From: a virus | Taxonomy: Duplodnaviria; Caudoviricetes | Direction: 5' to 3' (one strand) | IMG/VR virus record: IMGVR_UViG_3300010998_000026 | Span: 1 to 64,000 of that record | DNA length: 64,000 bases | Shown here: positions 48,370 through 57,859 of the stretch, in pieces | How positions within the stretch are numbered: the stretch's first letter is position 1 | How the letters are laid out: each line of letters opens with the position of its first letter | Position numbers and translations under genes: made by a program | The notes under the pieces: generated by a model | Told to the model about the DNA's origin: nothing | The model's input: only the letters and a program-made list of their open reading frames with translations | The model's database searches: none

Positions 48370-50322
48370 ATGGATATGATTGATATTATTCTCGCAAGAG
48401 CAAAGTCTTTTACGGGTGAAACAGCAACATTAGTAAGCCAAGCGCAGGCCGCAATGAGTGATGCTAATGATATTGTTAATAGATTAGAAGCTATTGAACA
48501 AAATGCGTCAGATGCTAGTGAAGCAGCAAGCGCGGCCGCAGGTGAATTAGCAGAAATTAAAGCAGATTTTGAGGCCGCGGCAACCGCTGTTGTGGCTGAA
48601 CAACTTGGAACAACAGTTGAAGATGTTGCTGATTTAAAATCAAGAACAACTACGTTAGAAAGTCAAATTGCTAATGCTGGTGGGACAGTAACGGTTACTG
48701 ACGCAAATACTTCCGCAGCAAAAATTAGACAAGCAAGCGTAACAAAAAATGGTACTACTACTAATTATATAGTAGAAAAAAATTATACTAGTGAAGGAAC
48801 CAATGAAGATGGCTCTATGACTTAGAAAGCCATTAAGACTTATGTTGAAAATGTAAAAAATAATTTACAATCTCAAATTAATTCTAGCGGCGGCAATAGT
48901 GGTGGAACCTCTAATCTTGGTTCTAATAATGCAGGCCAAATGGTAGTTATTGGTTCTGATGGGAATATTACTGCAAGTACCACTACAGAACAAGCCTTAA
49001 TTGAACTACTTCTACGTACTGGTACATATTAGGCGCGAGATGCAGTAGGTTTAAATATTGATTATGAAAATAAATCTGTTGGGCGCACACAAGAAGCGAC
49101 ATCTAATACTAATTTTACTGATTACTTAATGTATAAACGTATGCGTTGTAATGTAGCAGATGATGGTACTATTACTGCTTTCTATGGAGATAATAATTAT
49201 AGAGAAGATGGCTCTAATGGGTAGGTAATGGTTTATCAACCAAAATTTTATTATCAGCGCGTTCCAATTAATACTACCAATGGCTTAATGGGTAAAGTTA
49301 TTCATAAAGAATCATTAATTATTTCTCCAATTGCTTAGTCAGGATTTAAACTTCATCCAGCTTTTATTGATAATGCAGGAAATGAATTAGAATATATTCT
49401 ATTATCTGCTTACGAAGGCTCTGCTTATGATACTTCTGCGAATACATATCTTACTACAGACGTAAGTGGAATTAATTTTTCAGAAGATAAATTATCTTCA
49501 ATTGCAAATGTTCAACCTATTAGTGGTAAAAATAATGCTTTAACAATTGATAAAGCAGAACAACTCGCTAGAAATCGCGGTGAAGGTTGGCACATTGAAA
49601 CAATGCAAACTCGTAGTATTGACTAGATGTTAAGTATTATAGAATATGGTACTTTAAATCTTCAAAATGCAATTGAAAACGGCGTATGTAGTATTAATAA
49701 TGCTTATGATAGAAACTATGCAAATAATACAGGTTCTACCGCGGCATTGGGTAATAACTCTGGCGCGGCAGAAAGTAGTGTAAATACAATGTTAAATACT
49801 ACATATAATACAAATGGTAAGCGTTGTATCTCTTATCGCGGTGAAGAAAATCTATTTGGTAATATTTGGAAATTCATTGGCAATATAAATATTTCAGGTA
49901 ATGGTGTTCAATAGGGCGGTATTCCATATATTTGTACAAATTCTAATTATTCAACTACTATTACAGACGACTATAAAAGTGTAGGCTTCTGTCTCCCCAA
50001 TAATAGTGATTGGATTTCTGGTATGGGTTATGGTAATGAAAAATATGACTGGGTATTTTTACCCGCAGAAGCAAGTGGGGCCAATAGCGCAACACCAGTA
50101 GGAGATAGCATTTGGGTTACTACAAATCTAAATGGTGTTAATTATGTTGCTCATGGTGGTAATTGGTTATTCCAGCAAAAAGATGGTATATTTTATTATG
50201 CTTGCGATAAAAACCCAAGTTATTATGCTGCACCTTTTGGCGCGCGTCTTGTTTATATTCCTACTAAAAATTCTATCCATAATAATAATTATGCTTTATG
50301 GCAAAGTAAAATAGGAGGTTGA
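48370..50322 (+). CDS. Tail/virion protein with C-type-lectin/FGE-like C-terminal region (~650 aa, code 15)
   Basis: Fragments 48370, 49627 and 50023 in one frame; VMVYQPKFYY, LHPAF, YRGEENLFGNIW motifs. Confidence 0.8.
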
Positions 50323-50327
50323 TTGCT

Positions 50328-50573
50328 ATGAAAAATTATGGTAAAGTACAAAGTTCTTCATAGCCAACAGAAGTAACTTTTACTGAAACAAAAGTATTTG
50401 TATCTTCTAATATTACTTCCTTTAATACAAATATTGGTGGATATGAAGAAAATGGTTATGAATATGATTATATTGAATATGATAAAGATGAATATATTCA
50501 ATTATTATCTTCTCAATCTAAACAACTTGCAGAAGAACTTGCCGCGGCAAAAATTCTATTAGGAGTTGAGTAA
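50328..50573 (+). CDS. Small hypothetical protein (code 15)
   Basis: YEYDYIEYDKDEYIQLL; one TAG; TAA stop. Confidence 0.7.
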
Positions 50574-50575
50574 TT

Positions 50576-50983
50576 ATGACATTAATTGAATTAGCAAGAA
50601 AATTACGCCCTTTAATAGAAAAGGCAGCAATTTCATTAGATGATATAGATGCGCTTGAAGCGCCGCAATTATTTCCTATTTGGAATCCAAATAAAGAAGA
50701 TATGTATAATGTTGGAGATAGAGTACGTTATAATGAAATATTATATAAATGCTTACAATAGCATATACCACAAGTAGCTTGGAATCCAATTGACGCCCCA
50801 AGTCTTTGGGCTAAAGTATTAATTCCAGATGAAAATGTTATTCCTGCATGGGAACAACCTGGAAGTACTAATGGTTATATGATAGGAGATAAAGTATTAT
50901 TTAATGATAAAGTATATGAAAGTACAATTGATAATAATATTTGGTCTCCCGCGGCATATCCTGCTGGTTGGCGAGAAGTCTAA
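50576..50983 (+). CDS. CBM5/12-like carbohydrate-binding protein (code 15)
   Basis: YNVGDRVRYN..LYKCLQ(Q)H...W.P..APSLW; Y..GDKV.FN..VYES.ID.N.WSP. Confidence 0.8.
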
Positions 50984-50986
50984 TAT

Positions 50987-51015
50987 TTGACTTTTTTTAA
51001 AATTTTTGATATAAT
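50987..51015 (+). promoter_or_regulatory. sigmaA-type promoter
   Basis: TTGACT-17-TATAAT. Confidence 0.8.
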
Positions 51016-51099
51016 ATATATGTAAGAGGGGAAATAGTTCCCTTCTTACATATTAAATATGTGGGATAGGAACCACATTATATAAGGAGAGGAACTTAT

Positions 51100-51441
51100 A
51101 TGAAATTTTATAGTGAAAAACTAAATCGTCTTTTTGACAGTGCAGAAGATTGCCAGAGTGCAGAATTTAAGGCTAAGGAACAAGAAAATCTTGATAAGAT
51201 CCGCAAGGAGCGCGAAGCCGCAGAAGCAAAGGCGAAGAAAGAAAAGGAAGCCGCAGAACGCAAGGCTATGGCGGCGGAAGTAGATGAAGCGCGCAAGGCT
51301 ATGGTCGCCGCTCAGAAGTCTTATCGTGAAGCAATTGAAAAGTTTGTAAAGAAGTATGGTACATATCATTATTCTACAAATAATTTTGAAGATGTGCCAA
51401 CTCTCTTTGATGTTTTTGATTGGCTTCCAAAACTTCTATAA
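51100..51441 (+). CDS. Coiled-coil hypothetical protein
   Basis: RBS; ORF track; no TAG. Confidence 0.8.
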   Translation: MKFYSEKLNRLFDSAEDCQSAEFKAKEQENLDKIRKEREAAEAKAKKEKEAAERKAMAAEVDEARKAMVAAQKSYREAIEKFVKKYGTYHYSTNNFEDVPTLFDVFDWLPKLL

Positions 51442-51468
51442 AATTAAGGGTTGAGTAATCAACCCCAT

Positions 51469-51543
51469 GCGGGCGTAGTTCAACGGACAGAACATAGTCC
51501 TTCTAAGTCTACAATCTCAGTTCGATTCTGGGCGCCTGTACCA
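51469..51543 (+). tRNA. tRNA-Arg(TCT)
   Basis: Cloverleaf; loop CTTCTAA; TTCGATT; CCA. Confidence 0.9.
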
Positions 51544-51903
51544 AAGTTCCTATTACGCCTCTTTACAATGCGCACCCAATAGGACATTTTATTAAAGGTT
51601 TCTTTTATTCTCGCCTTTCCATGGATAAGTAGAATAAACGTCGGGGCTAATTATGGTCTGCGTGAATGACCGCCATGAGTTCATAGCCATGTAAGTTAAT
51701 CCGGAGTAATACTATGACGTAGGGCAACTTTTACGATAATGGAAGTTGTTAGTGGAGAATACCAGCTATCAATGGCTCGGTTTATCTTCGATATAGATAT
51801 GACTTTGTAATTTCAAGAGGAAATTGCTATCCATACTAAATTACGGTTATACATTTTAAGACCCAATCTTAAATTTAATACTAAAATTTAGTATGGATAT
51901 TAT

Positions 51904-51932
51904 TTGACTTTTCTTTAAAATTCTGATATAAT
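51904..51932 (+). promoter_or_regulatory. sigmaA-type promoter
   Basis: TTGACT-17-TATAAT. Confidence 0.8.
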
Positions 51933-51958
51933 AGATATGTAAGGAGGAAGGAAAGAGT

Positions 51959-52075
51959 ATGTATGAACTTGATGATTTTCTCTGTGAACCGAATTGTGAG
52001 GAACTTGAAGAAGAATTTGAAGCTTGGCTTGAGCTTCAAAATCAAGTAGAAGTTAAATATTTGACTTCTTTCTAA
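51959..52075 (+). CDS. Small acidic protein (38 aa)
   Basis: Promoter and purine-rich RBS upstream; MYELDDFLCEPNCEELEEEFEAWL... Confidence 0.55.
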   Translation: MYELDDFLCEPNCEELEEEFEAWLELQNQVEVKYLTSF

Positions 52076-52089
52076 AATTATGATATAAT
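52061..52089 (+). promoter_or_regulatory. sigmaA-type promoter for the RNA cluster
   Basis: TTGACT-17-TATAAT. Confidence 0.8.
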
Positions 52090-52102
52090 AGATATATGAG
52101 AT

Positions 52103-52174
52103 GGGGAGTTAGTTTAGGGGCTAGAATTGCTGCTTTGCACGCAGCGGACACGAGTTCGATTCTCGTACTTTCCA
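52103..52174 (+). tRNA. tRNA-Ala(TGC)
   Basis: GCTGC-TTTGCAC-GCAGC; G3.U70. Confidence 0.9.
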
Positions 52175-52178
52175 TTTA

Positions 52179-52290
52179 AAGGCACATACAGCAAAATCAA
52201 AGATAATCTTTGAATCGCGAGTTCAAATCTCGTCTCGCCCCATTGGGCAAGTAGCATAGTATGGTAATGCAAAAGAATTTTATGTGCCTT
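52179..52290 (+). ncRNA. CAGCAA-scaffold RNA 1 with circularly permuted tRNA body
   Basis: Outer stem AAGGCACATA/TATGTGCCTT; T arm, then acceptor 3' strand, then acceptor 5' strand, then D arm. Confidence 0.75.
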
Positions 52291-52346
52291 GACTTTTTTT
52301 AAAATTATGCTGTAAGTATCGTAAAGAGAAAATATTTTCTCTTTAT

Positions 52347-52422
52347 CGCAGATAGGGCAAACGGTTAAGCCGCGGCGCTCATAACGCTTGAGGAAATGGT
52401 CCAACTCCATTATCTGCGACCA
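52347..52422 (+). tRNA. tRNA-Met/Ile2(CAT)
   Basis: Loop CTCATAA; acceptor CGCAGAT/ATCTGCG; ACCA. Confidence 0.85.
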
Positions 52423-53330
52423 ACGGTTGATACCAGACCGTTAGAAGGTATCCGTTCAAGATGAGAAACATCGACGTAGTGATGTTAGGGCGAAAAGGTA
52501 GAGGCACAATGATGTCAGAAAACCCTGATGCACTTAGAGTCTAGCCCCGCTCAAAGGTGGCAACTGGAGAGCGTATGGTTCCAAAACACCAATAAGTGCG
52601 GCGTAAGCTACCGATGGTACAGGTGCGGTAAGTAAAACCTGTTAAAACCTTATTCACAGGTCGTCAATCATCGTTAGATTGGGATGGCAACCTGATAGCC
52701 AAAGTAATTACTAGTTATCGAAAAAGTGGAAATGAATCGTTTTCACAACTAGTTGTATGGATGTAATGCGAGATTCTCATTACATAACGCTATGGACATG
52801 GCTCCGCCAGGGATGACGGGAAGCGCATAGTATGGTGCCCAAATGCTCAATGTATTAGCTTTTGAAAAGCAAAGCTGGCTTGCAAGCAGCTATACAAGCA
52901 AAGTGAAGAATGGGCTAAATGGAGTTTGAAGAACAGCCAATTAAATCTAGGAGAGACCTAGTATAAATAAGTGAGTCCATTCTGTGAAATGGTTATAAAA
53001 GGCAACGACAGGACGTTAGATTTTCCAAACTAAGCCTTTCAAAAAATGGGATGGGAAAATTAGTGACCTTACACTTAAAAAGGATGCCGAAAAACGGGAT
53101 GGAAGGAAAGTAATGGGTGAAGTCCTTACTGATTGTCGATAAATCAGAAAAGCGGTGGAAGGGCCCTCCGCACCCGTCACAATGTGTAGGTAAATGCGAC
53201 CCGACGGATATGGGGTATGGGTGAAAGCTAACCCATAATTACGATTGCTTGATCAACAGTTGAACGCAGTATGAGTGGATGAATTTCCCTCCCCAGTAGA
53301 GTGACTTCGCGTCTGGGTTATCAAAACGCG
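52422..53330 (+). ncRNA. ~900-nt large structured ncRNA (GOLLD-like candidate)
   Basis: No credible ORF; 5' and 3' hairpin loops complementary (TGATACCAG vs CTGG..TATCA); CGTTCAA/TTGAACG long-range pair; lies between tRNA genes. Confidence 0.55.
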
Positions 53331-53337
53331 CAGTTAT

Positions 53338-53397
53338 GCTCTGATAGTGTAATGGAAAGCACGCCCGGAAGGATTGGTTCGATTCCAATGAAGAGCA
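53338..53397 (+). ncRNA. tRNA-like RNA lacking an anticodon arm
   Basis: Acceptor GCTCT/AGAGC, D arm, T arm ATTGG-TTCGATT-CCAAT, only about 10 nt between the D and T arms. Confidence 0.65.
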
Positions 53398-53548
53398 AAC
53401 AGTTGACACGTATCTGTGTAAAAATGTGAGAAGCAAAGTCGATGAAAAACAAAGATTAAAAGTTTAAAAAAAGTTTGTTATTATTATTGGCGTAATAATA
53501 ACTAGTCGGCGGCGTTTCGCTATTCCGGTGCGCCAACACTGGAATTAT

Positions 53549-53621
53549 GCCCGCATCGAATAATTGGTTAGTTCGTCACCCTTTCAAGGTGAAAATTCCG
53601 GATCGTTCCCGGATGTGGGTA
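53549..53621 (+). tRNA. tRNA-Glu(TTC)
   Basis: TCACC-CTTTCAA-GGTGA; atypical T loop. Confidence 0.85.
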
Positions 53622-53627
53622 TTATAG

Positions 53628-53703
53628 GGTGCATTAGTTTAATTGGTTAAATCCCCAGTCTGTCACACTGGAAACACGAGTTCAAATCTCGTATGCACCG
53701 CCA
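53628..53703 (+). tRNA. tRNA-Asp(GTC)
   Basis: CCAGT-CTGTCAC-ACTGG; GCCA. Confidence 0.9.
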
Positions 53704-53973
53704 TTTGCATCACCTCCTTAATGATGCAACTCTTAACACGAATTTAGCACTTAAACTACCATCGGCACGTCCAAATATCGAAGCAAGTTTCTGAGCAGCC
53801 CTCTTCGAGGCACGTGATATGTGGCTTAGCGGAAAAGAGTATAAATGAAGCGAAGTAAAGTGCAGTGCGCGGCTACACACTATAACAATATGGTGCCTGT
53901 AATGGAGTCAAATGCACCCCTTATAAGGGAGACAACCATAATAGCCCATGCCGAGGGTGTGCTCGGCTTTTAT

Positions 53974-54080
53974 GTGGCAACCAGTAAGCGACCAAAGTAA
54001 TGCTTACGCGGGAGAGTTGTTAGATGTTTTTGCCGACGGGCCGTCTAACACTGTAAGTTCAAATCTTACTTGCTACACCA
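53974..54080 (+). ncRNA. Non-canonical tRNA-like RNA (G3.U70, A73, CCA; enlarged D and anticodon arms)
   Basis: Acceptor GTGGCAA/TTGCTAC-ACCA; T arm GTAAG-TTCAAAT-CTTAC. Confidence 0.65.
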
Positions 54081-54088
54081 TAGCCCAT

Positions 54089-54216
54089 AAGACGGGTCAG
54101 CAATTTTTTTCTTTGAAAATAATTCTGTAAAATTAAGGCGAGGGTTCGATTCCCTCCGTGGTCGGGTGGGCTCCGGCCGCGTGGTGTAGTTGGTCGCATT
54201 AAAAAAGACCGTCTAG
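54089..54216 (+). ncRNA. CAGCAA-scaffold RNA 2 with circularly permuted tRNA body
   Basis: Outer stem AGACGG/CCGTCT; GTA-containing loop hairpin, T arm, closed acceptor, D arm. Confidence 0.75.
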
Positions 54217-54241
54217 TTTATTTTTTTTATATGGTGATAAT

Positions 54242-55186
54242 ATGGCAGAAAACAAATATACCGCAACTGATTTAAAAGAAATGTAGGCATGGCCGCTAGA
54301 AAGAAAAATTCAAGTTTCTTAGACAAGGATTCTTGAATTTGGTGACCATTTTAATGGAAAGATTTTTGTTGCTTTTAGCGGTGGAAAAGATAGTACAGTT
54401 TTACTTGATTTAGTAAGACGTGTATTTCCCGATACTCCTGCTGTTTTTATTGACACAGGCTTAGAATATCCAGAACTAAAAGAATTTGTAAAATCACACG
54501 AAAATACAGAAGTTATTAGACCTAAGAAAACGTTTAGACAAGTAATTGAAGAATTTGGCTATCCAATTGTAAGTAAAAAAATTGCTGGCTATGTTGCTAC
54601 TGCAAAACGAAATCCTAATTCCGCACGCGCAAAATTTTTGAGCGGTGAATATGATAGTAAAATATTTGGTTTTGGTGATGGTAAATGGAATTTCTTAGTT
54701 CAAGCACCATTTAAAATTAGTGATTATTGTTGTGATGTAATGAAAAAACAACCAAATCATCACTATTCAAAAGAAACTGGTCGTTTTCCAATTCTTGGAA
54801 CATTAGCATCTGAATCTATTGCTCGTCGTAATGAATGGATGCGTAGCGGTTGTAATTTATTTGATAGCGATAAACCTACATGTAAGCCATTATCTTTCTG
54901 GACTGATAATGATATTTTAGAATATTTAGTAAAATATAATATTCCATATTGTCCTTTATATGGTGATATTATAAAAGATAAAAAAGGTAATTGGACTACA
55001 ACAGGTATTAAAAGAACTGGTTGTATTTTTTGTGGTTTTGGTGCACATTGTGAAAAATGTCCAAATCGTTTTCAACAATTAAAGGTATCACATCCAAAAA
55101 TTTGGGAATATTGTATGCGTCCTTGGGAAGAAGGCGGCCTAGGATTAAAAGAAGTATTAGATTATATTAATGTCCCTTATGAATAA
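54242..55186 (+). CDS. Phosphoadenosine phosphosulfate (PAPS) reductase family protein (code 15)
   Basis: VAFSGGKDSTVL PP-loop, DTGLEYPE, CCDVMKK, RTGCIFC; 2 N-terminal TAG. Confidence 0.85.
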
Positions 55187-55197
55187 GTGGTGATATA

Positions 55198-56880
55198 ATG
55201 AGAGCAGCAGTTTATTGTGGTACGAGAAATTTATATAAAAATATGGTAATTGCGGCGAAATCATTACTTATTCATTCTAATGTAGAAAAAATTTATTTTC
55301 TTATTGAAGATGATATTTTTCCTTATGAAGTACCATAGGGAATAGAATGTATAAATATAAGTAATTAGAATTATTTTAGAAAGAATGGCCCAAATTATAA
55401 AAGTTCTTGGACTTATATGGCACTAATAAAAGCAGCCTTTACTAAAATTTTTCCATAGTTAGATACAATTTTATCATTAGATGTTGATACAATTATAAAT
55501 GAGAATATATCTAATTTATGGGATATAGATATATCTAATTATTATGTCGCGGCAGTTCCTGAACCAGATAAAACATATGATGACTTTACTTATATTAATG
55601 TTGGCGTTGCTTTATTTAATTTAAAAAAAATGAGAGAAGATAAAAAAGATGATGAAATTATTTATCTTCTTAATTCAATAAAATTAGGTTATCCAGAGCA
55701 AGATGCAATTAATATTTTATGTCAAAATTATATTTATAATTTGCCAGCAGATTATAATATAAATAATTATACATAGAAAGCCTCACATAGAAAAATTATT
55801 CATTATGCTGCAATAAAAAAATGGCAAGACTTGCCGCTTATTTCTTATTATGAAAAAATGGAATTAGTAAGAAATAAAGAAGATAATTTTAATTTAGATA
55901 TTATAATTCCGACTTATAATAATGAATAGGGATTAATTACTACTTTAAAGAGTATTCCAAATCGAGAAGAAATTACAATTAATATTATTGATGATGCTTC
56001 TCCAATTTCTTATAAGAAGAAAATATTTTCATTATTTCCATATGTAAATTGGATAACATTAAAGAAAAATTCTGGCCCTGGTGTTGCTCGTGAAATAGGT
56101 ATAAAAAATACTAGTAATCCATATCTTATGTTTATTGATACTGGTGATTATTTATATTCAAATGAAGTTCTTGATAGAATATTAAATGATATAAAAAATA
56201 ATACAATGCCAGATATATATTTATATCAATGGTATAATGAAGAAAATAAACAATTTAGTACAGATTGGAATCCATTAATGCACGGGCATATTTATAAGCG
56301 AGAATTTTTAGAATTATATGATATTGATTTTTGTAAAGAATCTTCTTACTCTAATGAAGATATAGGTTTTAATCATACTTGTGATATGATTTTAAATCAT
56401 ATTGAGATGTATGATACTACAGAACATAAAGTATTTTATGAATATCCAATTTATTTCTATACTTATGATGCTAATTCTATTACTCATGCAGGTGGAAAAG
56501 AATATTATTATACAAAACAAATTGCTGGATTAGCGGCTAATGCTAAACATGTAATAGATAATGCAGAAAAAAATAATATAAATATATATGTATTATTAAA
56601 TGAATTAAATGTATTATTTGTTGGATTATATGAAAGTTTTCTATTATGCGCGAAAAAACGGCCTGATTTATTATATGATAATTGGTATTATATTAGGCAA
56701 TTTTATTTTGAAGTATATTAGAAATATGAAAGTAAAAGTGAAGATGCGTTAGGTATTGCTATTAGTTAGAAAATGAAGCATCTATTACGAGCAGGGATAA
56801 GAAATATAAATGTAAAACGCTTTATTTCTAATTTAAAACAATTTGAAAATTTACCAGATTATTATTTGACATAGATATAA
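55198..56880 (+). CDS. Fused GT8 + GT2 glycosyltransferase (~560 aa, code 15)
   Basis: GT8: LSLDVDTI, YINVGV, PEQDAIN, IIHYA; GT2: IIIPTYN, IIDDAS, NSGPGVAR, FIDTGD; single frame through TAG. Confidence 0.85.
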
Positions 56881-56894
56881 ATTTATGTTATAAT
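56866..56894 (+). promoter_or_regulatory. sigmaA-type promoter
   Basis: TTGACA-17-TATAAT. Confidence 0.8.
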
Positions 56895-56976
56895 AAATAT
56901 GTAAGAAAGAGAAAAGGTCGCTCTTCTTACTACCAATCATAAATTAACTCCGTCATCATACCTTCGGGTATGATAT

Positions 56977-57047
56977 GGCCGATTCGCCAAGTGGTATGGC
57001 AGGTGGCTGTTAACCACCCCAGGGGAGTTCAATTCTCTCATCGGCCG
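56977..57047 (+). tRNA. tRNA-Asn(GTT)
   Basis: GGTGG-CTGTTAA-CCACC. Confidence 0.9.
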
Positions 57048-57127
57048 CTCTCACCTGAGCAAAAGTGGTGACTAAACCGATGTGCGGCTAGCAACCTACT
57101 GCTATTTTATTATGTGAGGTATATAAT

Positions 57128-57667
57128 ATGAGTGATGTACGTTTAAAGATTTTACCCCCTTGGACTATTGTAATTCGTAAACTTGAAGCTCTATTTGATG
57201 GTGACCCTCAGATTGCTTTCAATTGTGATTTTTCTGGTAGTCATCCTACTGTAATACTTGCTTGCAATAATGGCGATAAGGTTGCGGCTTTACTACAGAT
57301 TCTTCCAGAAGAAGTTAATTTTGGTAATATTTCTCTAAAGGTTATTATTGATGGCACACCTAGTAATCGCGCTTTTACAAGTAAGGTTGAACTATTTGAT
57401 ACAGCTTTTAGCGGCAATCCTGCTTATGCTTATTCTGTATGTCCTGCAGAAGAAGGTTATATGTGGATTGGTACAACTTATGTAGTATTTAATAATTGCG
57501 TGGTACAATTTGCCGCAGATAATCTGAATGATTGCCACGGTATTATTAGTACCCTATACGAAACTATTGCTAATGAACTTCTTACTGGCCCAGCAACAGC
57601 AGGTGTATTTTATAATACTAATGTTGAACGTGCTGGTCTTGGTATGCCATTAGGAGAGTGGCCCTAA
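57128..57667 (+). CDS. Hypothetical phage protein
   Basis: RBS GAGG; 179 aa, no TAG. Confidence 0.8.
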   Translation: MSDVRLKILPPWTIVIRKLEALFDGDPQIAFNCDFSGSHPTVILACNNGDKVAALLQILPEEVNFGNISLKVIIDGTPSNRAFTSKVELFDTAFSGNPAYAYSVCPAEEGYMWIGTTYVVFNNCVVQFAADNLNDCHGIISTLYETIANELLTGPATAGVFYNTNVERAGLGMPLGEWP

Positions 57668-57689
57668 TTAACGCGGCGAAAGCCGCTAT

Positions 57690-57764
57690 CGAGCATTAGC
57701 ACAGTTGGTTTAGTGCGCGCGCCTGATAAGCGCGAGATGCTTCGTTCGAATCGAAGATGCTCGA
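57690..57764 (+). tRNA. tRNA-Ile(GAT)
   Basis: CGCGC-CTGATAA-GCGCG. Confidence 0.9.
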
Positions 57765-57859
57765 CTACCTTTATTAAAGATACTCTAGCTTATTGAGTTA
57801 AGTAGGTAAACTACTTTCTCGTTATAACGGAAACTAAAATAAAAAAAGGAAGAATAACT

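Noticed and set aside
21032-50322. Diversity-generating retroelement acting on tail fibres
   Set aside because: No reverse transcriptase and no TR/VR pair differing only at adenines was seen; the repeats are diverged protein modules.
8973-50983. Fragmented ORFs interpreted as pseudogenes or a decayed prophage
   Set aside because: The breaks I checked are in-frame TAG with no frameshifts, and a CUA tRNA is present; recoding explains them.
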